From the sequence record OZ335964.1: a stretch of DNA of 64,000 nt; one strand, given 5' to 3'. This document shows positions 18,376 to 27,258 of this stretch, piece after piece (the stretch's first letter is position 1; each line of letters opens with the position of its first letter). The notes under the pieces were generated by a model. It was given only the letters and a program-made list of their open reading frames with translations. It searched no databases and was not told the origin of the DNA. The position numbers and the translations under genes are program-made. The DNA comes from a phage.

Positions 18376-19845
18376 CTATTCCCCATTACCATTATACTTT
18401 CTTTGCTTAGTTATCCACACTCTAACCATTTCTACTGATTCGCCGTCAGACGGATCAAGAGTTTTTCCTTTTTTCTTCATGCGGTACTTAAATCCGTTAA
18501 ATCTTGCATTCTCTTGCTCGTTAAAGTCGAACATCTTTTTAAATGATTTTCGCCCTTTACGCTCACCACATTCTAGCGGAATCATTCGGTCTGTTATTAC
18601 ATTGGCATTAGGTAGAAACGTTTTTAGATAATCCACCAACGCCCAATCAGGAACATATAGATTAACATTCTCCTTGCTCTCGTTGTCTCTCAGGTTACAA
18701 CGCAAACATAATTGAAATGCTGGTTCCAGATAATCAGACACATGACGCGCTTTCAAAAACTCGTTTGTCGGGAGATCACAACTATTAGCAAGACCTTTTA
18801 AAATATCAATCTCCCATCGTTGAGGGTTAAAGCTGAACATCACAGCAACATTTTTATGATGAATGTAAGAGTTAAGACCATAAGATCCGTAAGGTATCCG
18901 CTCACCAATACCATTTGTGCACGCTTCTCGGTCCCGATTCACGGTATAAATGAAGTCATCACCACATTCATTTTTAACCATATCAACAAGACGTTCAAAG
19001 GTATTGTTTGTTTCTGACTGGTGACGCGACCATCGTTCAGAGTCCGTCATAAGGATGATGTTAACTCTATCTGTATTTTTATACTCTTTGAAATATAGTC
19101 TGGATTCTAGCGCACTCGGAACAAAATCGCAATTTGCATAGTATCGTAGATACTTCCCACTATATGTATCAAAGAGATTTGCACATGCTATCGTAACCTT
19201 TTTAAAGTCTCCCCACGTACCGTGTTTGTTATCGTTCAAGAAAACAATTTTCGACCCATTCTTCCGGTGTCCTTCGTTATGTTTTACCATAACGTTGATT
19301 TTCTTCTCTAATAACGCCTCATAAAGCCCTCTAAGCGAAGAATCGATCATATCAGTACCATCCTTCGCACTTTCTATCTTTTCTTTGATAGCGGACTTCT
19401 CAGAGTCTTTTAGAACTAAGTTCTGTAGGCATTCCGATTCGTCGGCGATTGGTTCGCAATGCTTCGTGATAAGTTCAAGATTAGACTTAAACGGATACTC
19501 ATTAAATTCAACCAGTTGAGGAACTTCATCAATGTAAAGAGCATAATCACCAAACATTTTTGAACGTTCCATATTAGATAACGCTGTATGTGTAATGAAT
19601 ATCACATCAGCACCGTCTTTAACTGATTGCATTATCGACGCTTGCACTGTCTTAAGGCTTCTTAGTCGTGTGCTATCAATCAAGACAGCACGACCGCCCA
19701 TTCTTTTAAACTTATTGTAAGATTGTTCACTTAAAACACGAGATGGCGAAGCAATAACCGCTTTTTCTTTTGTCTCTAGGACGTGGGAAAGTATAGCATC
19801 AGTTTTCCCCGCCGCTGGCAATGCGATTAATGTTTCAATCTTCAT
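18376..19845 (-). CDS. P-loop NTPase, helicase-like (489 aa)
   Basis: N-terminal Walker A LPAAGKTDAIL and Walker B-like YIDEVPQ; no close T4 counterpart recalled. Confidence 0.45.
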   Translation of the reverse strand: MKIETLIALPAAGKTDAILSHVLETKEKAVIASPSRVLSEQSYNKFKRMGGRAVLIDSTRLRSLKTVQASIMQSVKDGADVIFITHTALSNMERSKMFGDYALYIDEVPQLVEFNEYPFKSNLELITKHCEPIADESECLQNLVLKDSEKSAIKEKIESAKDGTDMIDSSLRGLYEALLEKKINVMVKHNEGHRKNGSKIVFLNDNKHGTWGDFKKVTIACANLFDTYSGKYLRYYANCDFVPSALESRLYFKEYKNTDRVNIILMTDSERWSRHQSETNNTFERLVDMVKNECGDDFIYTVNRDREACTNGIGERIPYGSYGLNSYIHHKNVAVMFSFNPQRWEIDILKGLANSCDLPTNEFLKARHVSDYLEPAFQLCLRCNLRDNESKENVNLYVPDWALVDYLKTFLPNANVITDRMIPLECGERKGRKSFKKMFDFNEQENARFNGFKYRMKKKGKTLDPSDGESVEMVRVWITKQRKYNGNGE

Positions 19846-20150
19846 TAGAAACCCTTACGTCGTGCTTTCTGGCATTTCTTGATCATTTTATCAGAAATTT
19901 CGCGCTTAGGTGCAATCTCTTTCACACCGAAAGCACTAATGCCAAATTCAGAGAGAATATATTCAACCAACAATTCACGCACACGCGCTTTACCGATATT
20001 CACGCCGTTATTTTTCAGATATGTCTGGCCTTCGACTTGCATCAGATCTAAATCTGCGTCGGTAATATTGATTTCTTCCATGCGCCCAAATCGAGAATAA
20101 ACCATGTGTGCGATTGCATTGTGTACTAACATAATATATTCCTCACTCAA
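19845..20150 (-). CDS. hypothetical protein (101 aa)
   Basis: Co-oriented ORF. Confidence 0.4.
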   Translation of the reverse strand: MSEEYIMLVHNAIAHMVYSRFGRMEEINITDADLDLMQVEGQTYLKNNGVNIGKARVRELLVEYILSEFGISAFGVKEIAPKREISDKMIKKCQKARRKGF

Positions 20151-20154
20151 GAAT

Positions 20155-20301
20155 TACTTAATGATACTTACTTTACCAGATCCATGACAATGAGCGCAAC
20201 ACCCATCACCACGCAATCCTGTTCCGTTACAGTGTTTACACTTCTTCAACGGTAAAGCCATTATAGCAAATAAAGCAATAATGAATACCGAAACTAAATT
20301 C
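20155..20301 (-). CDS. small membrane-anchored zinc-finger peptide (~48 aa; below ORF-track cutoff)
   Basis: Reverse translation MIIENLVSVFIIALFAIMALPLKKCKHCNGTGLRGDGCCAHCHGSGKVSIIK: one TM helix plus two CxxCxGxG motifs. Confidence 0.3.
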
Positions 20302-20571
20302 TCAATAATCATAAATCGCCCTCAGTTCTTTATAGCCTCCAATGTGCTCGTTGTCAATGAATATCTGGGGGTATACAAACCGGAGGCTCTTTGAGTTCAG
20401 CCTCCCCGCCAGTTCTTCAATCATATCACGGTCGGGAATAATGTCAACCCCGACCTGCTTGAATACTGGTTTAAGTGTATACGGAATACCCAGATCATCC
20501 AGTAGCTTCATTGCACTAATACAACCATAACAATGATAAGCCTCTTTCGGTATACCGTATATCTCGATCAT
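20302..20571 (-). CDS. nrdH: glutaredoxin-like protein NrdH
   Basis: 89 aa thioredoxin fold with CYGC active site and YPQIFIDNEHIGG; adjacent to nrd genes. Confidence 0.7.
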   Translation of the reverse strand: MIEIYGIPKEAYHCYGCISAMKLLDDLGIPYTLKPVFKQVGVDIIPDRDMIEELAGRLNSKSLRFVYPQIFIDNEHIGGYKELRAIYDY

Positions 20572-21068
20572 TTCTCAGCCTTTAATCTTTCTAGTTCTTC
20601 TTCCAGTTCCTTGATCCGTTGGTCACGTTCAAAGTCACGCTGTAACTTAGTGGCGAATACTCGTTTAAACTGATTGTAATCATCGATTTTAAACACTTCT
20701 TCTTCGCCATAGCGACGCACAGAAACTTCGTAGTTATTGAAGAATTGTTGCATCATTGCTTCGGATGATAGCTCTGCTGATACCACTTTAAAATATTGAT
20801 CTTCTGTAGGCGAAAACCAATTACAAGCATAAAGATAAACCTTTTCATTGTCTGGACACTGGTAAGCCTTACCATCGATTTCAATCACAGAAACATATTC
20901 AGGTATACTAGATGAATCAATAGCTAAGACTTTAAACGCACGGTCCCCGATAAACTCGGAGATCACACGATTCGCATCACTGGTTGCAAATGCTTTACGC
21001 GCTTGTTCGTTTTTCCACTGATAGGTCATACCAACAACAAACATATTACCATCCTCGCTCTTTACCAA
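20568..21068 (-). CDS. paralog family A protein (166 aa)
   Basis: N-terminal domain VVGMTYQWKNEQA...IEIDGKAY...NWF related to WEVGKTYxWKD domain of three upstream neighbours; coiled-coil C-terminus. Confidence 0.5.
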   Translation of the reverse strand: MVKSEDGNMFVVGMTYQWKNEQARKAFATSDANRVISEFIGDRAFKVLAIDSSSIPEYVSVIEIDGKAYQCPDNEKVYLYACNWFSPTEDQYFKVVSAELSSEAMMQQFFNNYEVSVRRYGEEEVFKIDDYNQFKRVFATKLQRDFERDQRIKELEEELERLKAEK

Positions 21069-21870
21069 TCAAAAATTCAACTTCACGACGTTTAATGTCT
21101 TCTTGAAGGTCTTTAATCTTCTGGCGATCTTGCATGATTTCATCCATCTTGTCAAGTGCCGCAATGAAATCATCGAAACGTTCAAAGGTTTTACCTTCAT
21201 TTGCTTCGCCAAATTTAACCATTGTCAGTCCGTAACGACTACTAAACAGACGTTTCAACTGTCCAACGATCTTAGAATCAGTGGTTATAACTTCCAATTC
21301 TTCTACTTCACGAAAGAATTTTCTATCAGAATCAATAAACCAGCTAGTTCCTTTATGGTCTCTATCTTCGGTTGCGCTCATTAGAGTATGGTCTTTACCA
21401 TCAATTTCAATTACATCAATTTGCCCACATGGACTAACATTTTTAACAGTAAAAGGTCTATAATTTATTGCTCGTGCAATAACATAATTAAGGTTAGATA
21501 CGTTTTCAGCATAATGGCAGAAGTCGGTCATAGCATTCGCATCTTTCCAAGTATAAGTTTTACCAACTTCCCATTTCTGGGGAACTTCTTCAACTTCACG
21601 AAAGAATTTTCGATCGAATGGACTAAAGAAATATGTTGCAGTCCAAATGTCTTTTCCTGTAGCAGTTTTCGCCGTATGATAAACACCGTCTAGCTCTATT
21701 GCATTAATCCAACCGTTACCCTCGATCTCGATGATGGTAAATGGCTTGTCACCAATAGCTGCACTAATATCGCTGTTAAGTGGAGAAAGAACACCTTCTC
21801 CGTTAGTAATAAACTCAGTTTTAGCGTTTTCATCTTTCCAAGTGTAAGTTTTACCAATTTCCCATTTCAT
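21046..21870 (-). CDS. paralog family A protein with internal domain duplication (274 aa)
   Basis: Two copies of MKWEIGKTYTWKDENA.../...KWEVGKTYTWKDANA... each ending ...DRKFFREVEE. Confidence 0.55.
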   Translation of the reverse strand: MKWEIGKTYTWKDENAKTEFITNGEGVLSPLNSDISAAIGDKPFTIIEIEGNGWINAIELDGVYHTAKTATGKDIWTATYFFSPFDRKFFREVEEVPQKWEVGKTYTWKDANAMTDFCHYAENVSNLNYVIARAINYRPFTVKNVSPCGQIDVIEIDGKDHTLMSATEDRDHKGTSWFIDSDRKFFREVEELEVITTDSKIVGQLKRLFSSRYGLTMVKFGEANEGKTFERFDDFIAALDKMDEIMQDRQKIKDLQEDIKRREVEFLIGKERGW

Positions 21871-21882
21871 AATATATTCCCC

Positions 21883-22362
21883 TTAACCGATTTTATCAAG
21901 TTCGTTTAATGCTTTCTCTGCTTCCTGTATAGCTTGCACCCTTTCCGGCATTTTGTCAAGAAAATCTTTCAACTCTTCAAAACTGGAGATATGACGCAAG
22001 GCGTTAGCACCGATAGCCGCATGTGATTTGCATTCAAAGCGAATTTTATAATTATCCATCGCCAACTTGAGAAGATCAATTAGTTTAGATTCTTCTGGAA
22101 TACTAATTTCTTCAAATCTGCTACGGTCGTGATCCAGAAACCAACAAGATAGACCTACATCGGTTGAACTCATATAAGTTCCATCATGAAGATATACAGA
22201 TCGCACGTATCCTTTTTTCGCATCAACCGACGCAACTTTAAACGGTAATCGCAGATATTTCAAATAATCAACATCATACCATTTAAAAAATTGGTTTGCA
22301 TCTTTTACATCTTTCCACGCATAGGTCTTACCAACTTCCCATTTCATAATATCATCTCTCAT
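21883..22362 (-). CDS. paralog family A protein (159 aa)
   Basis: MKWEVGKTYAWKDVKDA... domain plus conserved C-terminal L..L..M..Y.I...MP.R module. Confidence 0.5.
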   Translation of the reverse strand: MRDDIMKWEVGKTYAWKDVKDANQFFKWYDVDYLKYLRLPFKVASVDAKKGYVRSVYLHDGTYMSSTDVGLSCWFLDHDRSRFEEISIPEESKLIDLLKLAMDNYKIRFECKSHAAIGANALRHISSFEELKDFLDKMPERVQAIQEAEKALNELDKIG

Positions 22363-22885
22363 TTTTGATACGTGATTCTAATTGGATCATACGGTCTCGC
22401 GTTTGCTTGTATTCACGGATATTGCCGATCCGGCTAGGCATACCATCAAGCACGCTCTTAATCCCTTCTAGGGTAGTGATTTTAGCAATGCTATTATGTA
22501 ACCCCATCTTATCGATCAACTGAATGTCGTAGGCTTCCATAAGCAGACCCAGACGTTCTAAAGTTAGGTCTTCTTTTTCTTCCGATTCTGGAATCTTAGG
22601 TTCAATAGTAACTTCGGTAAAGAAACGACGCTCACCAGCCCAAAACCACACACCGGAAAAGCCAATAGGGGATTCTTTTAACGTCATAGAGTCGTAACCA
22701 CTGCCGATAATAGTAATTTCTCTAACATCACCATCATCGTCAATGTCTTCTACCCTAAACGGGCGACCAGCCAACAAGTCCACAATACGTCTGTTAATAG
22801 ACGACGAAAATTTAGTCAGTTCGGCTTTCGACGCTTCGCATTCAATCTTGTAAGTTTTACCAACTTCCCATTCCATAATAATCAC
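22352..22885 (-). CDS. paralog family A protein (177 aa)
   Basis: MEWEVGKTYKIECEA... domain; C-terminal module as in 21883..22362. Confidence 0.5.
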   Translation of the reverse strand: MIIMEWEVGKTYKIECEASKAELTKFSSSINRRIVDLLAGRPFRVEDIDDDGDVREITIIGSGYDSMTLKESPIGFSGVWFWAGERRFFTEVTIEPKIPESEEKEDLTLERLGLLMEAYDIQLIDKMGLHNSIAKITTLEGIKSVLDGMPSRIGNIREYKQTRDRMIQLESRIKNER

Positions 22886-22886
22886 C

Positions 22887-23396
22887 TCAAATAATTTTCA
22901 CTGGAATACTATTAACAATCTTGTATTGTACTTGATTGTCAGACCCCCGCCACGGCTTCTTCGTTGGCATATCTTTAATATAACGCCCATCGATGAACAT
23001 GTCAACTGATTCTACAATTTTTCTTTGCTCATCATTCAATTGGTCAAGGGTATAACCGGACCATAGCCAAATATCTTTATTTGGCATCCATGATTTTACC
23101 TCATCGATGATCCGCTGTACACCCTTTAAATTGCGTTTATACAGTGGATCACCACCTAAGAATGTTAGCCCCTGAATAAAATCAGGTCTAAGCAGATCCA
23201 GAATCAATCCCATTGTATCATCGGTGAATGGTTCCCCGTTCTTAGGATTGAGTAGGCTAGCATTAAAGCAACCATCACATGCGTGTGAACATCCGGTAAC
23301 GTAAAGGGAGACTCTCACTCCCTCACCGTTAACCATATCACAATCTTTAATATCGGCATAGCGTAGTTTGCCGTATGTATCAGAACTCATATTCAA
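22887..23396 (-). CDS. nrdG: anaerobic ribonucleotide reductase activating protein NrdG (radical SAM)
   Basis: 169 aa; CSHACDGC cluster motif near N-terminus, small NrdG-type length. Confidence 0.88.
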   Translation of the reverse strand: MNMSSDTYGKLRYADIKDCDMVNGEGVRVSLYVTGCSHACDGCFNASLLNPKNGEPFTDDTMGLILDLLRPDFIQGLTFLGGDPLYKRNLKGVQRIIDEVKSWMPNKDIWLWSGYTLDQLNDEQRKIVESVDMFIDGRYIKDMPTKKPWRGSDNQVQYKIVNSIPVKII

Positions 23397-23532
23397 TTAC
23401 CCCGAACTCGTTTACAATCTGCGCTTTATAGTAACCACCGCGAGATGCCAATAGATAAGCTGGGCTTAGGTATTCGCATTCACGGATTTCTACTTGTGCG
23501 TTTTCAGTTTCCCAAATCAGTAAAGTCCACAT
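23380..23532 (-). CDS. small hypothetical protein (~50 aa; start refined from ORF-track 23607)
   Basis: Conserved SD AGGAGAATCAAA lies at 23533-23545, so Met at 23530-23532 (MWTLLIWETEN...) is the likely start; the track ORF runs through the promoter cassette. Confidence 0.3.
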   Translation of the reverse strand: MWTLLIWETENAQVEIRECEYLSPAYLLASRGGYYKAQIVNEFGVIEYEF

Positions 23533-23606
23533 ATTTGATTCTCCTGTAAAGTTGTATCTCGTCTTGATGAATATAGTATAGGGGATCTCGCGATCCCCGT
23601 CAAGCA
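23533..23606 (-). promoter_or_regulatory. early promoter-hairpin-leader cassette (PeSL-like)
   Basis: Minus strand: TTGACG - GGGGATCgcgaGATCCCC hairpin in 17-nt spacer - TATACT - leader - AGGAGAATCAAA - ATG. Confidence 0.6.
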
Positions 23607-23607
23607 T

Positions 23608-24156
23608 TTATTTTAAATTTTTTCGAATGTATTCAGACCATTCTCTGCCAGTAAGTTCGGTCCCATTCTGGAAACTGAAATACTCATACGGCATCGAGTC
23701 AAGATAAAACAGGATCATACATCGCGCCATATAATACCAATCACGATTAAAGTAAACTACGTTATCACCAGTACCATCAACCCCTTTATCATAACCATCG
23801 CGGGTACGGGCGACCCATTGAATAGTATCATTTTTCTCACGGATCGTAACAGGTTCCCAATATCCAGCACATCCAGCATGACCACACGAACAAGTAAGGA
23901 AATATTGACCTTTTGCTTTGTTGTCATCCCATTCACGATGGATTGGTTCGATCTCGTGAAACAGTGCTAAGCAATCATGATTATGCAACACTGGCTTACC
24001 ATCAATCAATGCATGGAATGTATACAAACGACCAGTAGACAAATAGCTATCCTCACGCTCAACCAGTTCAATAGCAATCTTTTTAGCTCGTTCTTTGTGT
24101 CGTTGTGCTTTACGCTTACGGTTTAATGATTTCATATTCACCTCACACATTATCAA
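23608..24156 (-). CDS. hypothetical protein (182 aa)
   Basis: Co-oriented ORF between nrdD and nrdG. Confidence 0.45.
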   Translation of the reverse strand: MIMCEVNMKSLNRKRKAQRHKERAKKIAIELVEREDSYLSTGRLYTFHALIDGKPVLHNHDCLALFHEIEPIHREWDDNKAKGQYFLTCSCGHAGCAGYWEPVTIREKNDTIQWVARTRDGYDKGVDGTGDNVVYFNRDWYYMARCMILFYLDSMPYEYFSFQNGTELTGREWSEYIRKNLK

Positions 24157-24695
24157 AGGTCGCGATATAGTACATTATGAAAATGAGAACTTGCATTACC
24201 AATATTGTAGATAATAAATTCTTCATCCGGCGCTTGCGCTACAAATTGAGTATGAGCAACCGCCACAACCTTAAAAATACGATCCGTGATCTTGTGTTTA
24301 ATTTCGGCTCCTACTTCCATAGGAACATATTCATGTGTTTCTGTTTCAGTCGCAAAACAGCCATCTTCTTCATAAGCACGAACAAATCGATCGCAATCAG
24401 TACGCTTAACAAATTCAAGAGTATACAATTCTCGTGAATTGTCGGTATAGACCAATACAGAATTATTATGATAGCGAATCACATACAGGTTATTATCATC
24501 GTCAATTACGCAAAAGCTACGGATTCCTTCGCCTATACTCCAGCAGATATTAACCACCGTTCCTCTAATAAAAAAACTTTCCTTTAAATTAAAACTAGTC
24601 AATGTGCTAGCGTGCATTTTAACAACAACACCATCGCCAATTTCCAGTTTACGAAGTTTAACTTCTTTGCTCAGTACACAAAACATCATCATCAT
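24153..24695 (-). CDS. hypothetical protein (180 aa)
   Basis: Co-oriented ORF directly downstream of a promoter cassette; stop overlaps start of next ORF. Confidence 0.45.
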   Translation of the reverse strand: MMMMFCVLSKEVKLRKLEIGDGVVVKMHASTLTSFNLKESFFIRGTVVNICWSIGEGIRSFCVIDDDNNLYVIRYHNNSVLVYTDNSRELYTLEFVKRTDCDRFVRAYEEDGCFATETETHEYVPMEVGAEIKHKITDRIFKVVAVAHTQFVAQAPDEEFIIYNIGNASSHFHNVLYRDL

Positions 24696-24753
24696 GTTGT
24701 CCTCTCGTTGTTTTCGATGTGAGCATTATACATTAGCTAATCATGTTGTCAAC
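24696..24753 (-). promoter_or_regulatory. sigma70-type early promoter with conserved leader
   Basis: Minus strand TTGACA-16 nt-TATAAT, then GAGAGGACAAC-ATG. Confidence 0.6.
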
Positions 24754-24757
24754 ACCC

Positions 24758-24790
24758 CAAAACGAAAAAGCCGACCCTTTCGGATCGGCT
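24758..24790 (-). terminator. rho-independent terminator after nrdD
   Basis: Minus strand AGCCGAUCC-GAAA-GGGUCGGCU followed by UUUUUCGUUUU. Confidence 0.65.
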
Positions 24791-24795
24791 AAAAA

Positions 24796-26658
24796 TTACA
24801 TGTGCTTAACGCGGTTTACCATCTCGGAGTGTTTCCCGTGGTTAAATGGACGCAGATCAACAGATCCAAGATATCCACTAACGCGCCGGATAACATTCAT
24901 CTTTTCCAGATTGTCATTGCCGCAATCAGGACAAACAAAACCAGACTCGGTCGCTCTCATTTCCTTAGTAGATCCGCATACATGACATACATCAGAAGGA
25001 GTATTAACACCGAAGTAATGCAATTTATCCATTGCATAGTCTACTACAGTTTCAAGACCTTTCAGGTTGTTTTTCATGTCTGGGAACTCAACATAAGAGA
25101 TCATGCCACCGGACGCCAGCCAGTGATAATCTTTCTCAAAGTCGATTTTCTCAAACGGTGTGACTTTCCGGTCTACGTCAAGATGGAATGAGTTGGTGTA
25201 CCAGTCTTTATCGGTAGCACCCTTAACAATACCAAATTGCTCTCGATCCAGTCGATTAAATCGATAGCAAAGGCTCTCGGCTGGCGTACCGTAAAGACTA
25301 AACCCAAGTCCGGTTTCGTCCTTCCATTTTTCAGTATAATGACGCAAGATCTTAAGAATATGTTTACCGTATCGCTGCGCATCTTCCGAATCAAACGGAT
25401 GAACACCAAACAGGACGCTCAATACCTCATGTAAACCAATATATCCAAGAGAGATACTAGCGCGACCATCTTTCAACACTTCCAAAATTTCATCGTTTTG
25501 ATGAATACGGAAAAATGCACCTTCTGTATACAGCACAGGAGCAACATTGGCTTTAGCCCCTTTTAAAGCGTCTACGCGACTCATCAGCGCATCAAAGCAA
25601 ATAGGCATACGATTAGCTAGCTCTTGTTCGAATAGCTCAATTCTGCGCATTACAGACGCTTTACCAGCACGACGCGCGGCAATAAGAGCAATACGCGGAA
25701 GATTCAGAGTCACAACACCTAAGTTATTACGTCCGTCTAATACTTCTTCGCCTTTCTCATTATGCCACACACCCAGGAAGCTACGACAACCCATCGGGCT
25801 AACCGGAACACTAGATCCAGTGATACTACGGTTATTCTTCGCAGAGATATAATCAGGGTAAAGACGCTTACTAGAACATTCCAATGCAAGTTGCTTAATG
25901 TCGTAGTTCGGATCTTCCGGTTTAAGGTTTAATCCTTCTTCTAAGAACATCACCAGCTTAGGAAACACCGGAGTGATACCATCTTTACCTAAACCTTTAG
26001 TTCGAACGTTCAGGATCGCTTTCTGAATCAGTTTTTCTTCCCAGCTAGTACCCATACCAAAGGTTAAAGTCACAAAAGGCGTTTGACCGTTGGTAGAGAA
26101 CAAAGTGTTGATCTCATATTCCAACGCCTGATATCCGTCTAACGTTTCTTTTTCTGTCTTCTCTTGTGCATAGAGAGTATCAGCTTTGATTCCGTAGGTT
26201 TCGGCATCAGCAAGGTGTTTATGATATGTTTTCTCAACATACGGTGCTAACACCTGATCGATGTTTGCAATTGTGGTCCCGCCATATTGATGACTTGCCA
26301 CCTGTGCGATAATTTGAGCGGTTACAGCACAAGCAACGCCGATTGATTTCGGACTTTCGATTTGTGCACTACCCAATTTAAAACCATTCTCTAACATGTC
26401 TTTGAGATTAACAAGACAGCAGTTAGTAAACGGCATAGCGGGTGCATAATCCATATCATGATAATGAATATCACCGTCTACATGCGCTTTATAGATGTGC
26501 TCAGGTAACACGGTTTTAGCAATCTGTTTAGACACAGCACCAGCAATCAGATCTCGACGTGTCGGGAATGTTCGCGCGTCTTTGTTCGCGTTCTCTTTGC
26601 TTACTTCGTTTTCTTTACCCGTTGCGATCTCTGTAATGTCTTTGATTAGTTTTTCCAT
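24796..26658 (-). CDS. nrdD: anaerobic ribonucleoside-triphosphate reductase NrdD
   Basis: 620 aa; C-terminal Zn ribbon CHVCGS...CPDCG and glycyl-radical motif RVSGYLG; appears uninterrupted. Confidence 0.92.
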   Translation of the reverse strand: MEKLIKDITEIATGKENEVSKENANKDARTFPTRRDLIAGAVSKQIAKTVLPEHIYKAHVDGDIHYHDMDYAPAMPFTNCCLVNLKDMLENGFKLGSAQIESPKSIGVACAVTAQIIAQVASHQYGGTTIANIDQVLAPYVEKTYHKHLADAETYGIKADTLYAQEKTEKETLDGYQALEYEINTLFSTNGQTPFVTLTFGMGTSWEEKLIQKAILNVRTKGLGKDGITPVFPKLVMFLEEGLNLKPEDPNYDIKQLALECSSKRLYPDYISAKNNRSITGSSVPVSPMGCRSFLGVWHNEKGEEVLDGRNNLGVVTLNLPRIALIAARRAGKASVMRRIELFEQELANRMPICFDALMSRVDALKGAKANVAPVLYTEGAFFRIHQNDEILEVLKDGRASISLGYIGLHEVLSVLFGVHPFDSEDAQRYGKHILKILRHYTEKWKDETGLGFSLYGTPAESLCYRFNRLDREQFGIVKGATDKDWYTNSFHLDVDRKVTPFEKIDFEKDYHWLASGGMISYVEFPDMKNNLKGLETVVDYAMDKLHYFGVNTPSDVCHVCGSTKEMRATESGFVCPDCGNDNLEKMNVIRRVSGYLGSVDLRPFNHGKHSEMVNRVKHM

Positions 26659-26702
26659 TGTATCACCTATGAAAAAGCGGGATTTCTCCCGCTCGTTGAT
26701 AG

Positions 26703-27197
26703 TTATTTTACCAGTTCTGCTAATTCTTTTTCCGCCGCTTCCAGTTCAGCTTTCAGTTGTTTGATCTCTTGTCGCTTCTTATTAGCGGCTTCCTGCTTAC
26801 TATTTCGGATAACCTGATCTAGATACAACTCCCAATCCTGAATATTTTTGATAATGTAGCCGTCAACGTTCAGAGCTTTAATATTAAGAACTTCTTCCAG
26901 CTTACTTAAAGAACGTTGTGTTTCTGGGAAGAAATAGTCATATTCACCTCGGTCAAACCAGTAGCTTATGCCAGCTTTATCTAAACGACGATGCAATTCA
27001 TAAAAATCTCTACCATCTTCGACGATGAGTTTGTCTACATCGCCATTACAGTTAACAGAGACTTTGAATCTAATATTATCAACCCCACCAAAAACATCAA
27101 TAAGGATAGTTCCGATCGTGTTATCCGCGCTTCCAGTATCCATAAAAGATTCTAGTTTTTCTTGATTAGTAACGTACCAAACATCTTGTTTCCACAT
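26703..27197 (-). CDS. paralog family B-related protein (164 aa)
   Basis: Beta-rich N-domain plus C-terminal coiled coil (KKRQEIKQLKAELEAAEKELAEL); leader GAGAGGATTATATTATG shared with neighbours. Confidence 0.45.
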   Translation of the reverse strand: MWKQDVWYVTNQEKLESFMDTGSADNTIGTILIDVFGGVDNIRFKVSVNCNGDVDKLIVEDGRDFYELHRRLDKAGISYWFDRGEYDYFFPETQRSLSKLEEVLNIKALNVDGYIIKNIQDWELYLDQVIRNSKQEAANKKRQEIKQLKAELEAAEKELAELVK

Positions 27198-27258
27198 AAT
27201 ATAATCCTCTCGTTGTTAAGTGGGAGTATTATAGCATACTCCCTTCGCATGTCAAGCA
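27198..27258 (-). promoter_or_regulatory. early promoter-hairpin-leader cassette (PeSL-like)
   Basis: TTGACA - 16 nt - TATAAT, with TATAAT inside loop of GGGAGUA/UACUCCC hairpin; stop codon of upstream gene lies inside the -35. Confidence 0.6.

Noticed and set aside
24796-26658. Group I intron in nrdD (as in T4)
   Set aside because: The NrdD reading frame is continuous over 620 aa including the C-terminal zinc ribbon and glycyl-radical motif. No interruption is evident.
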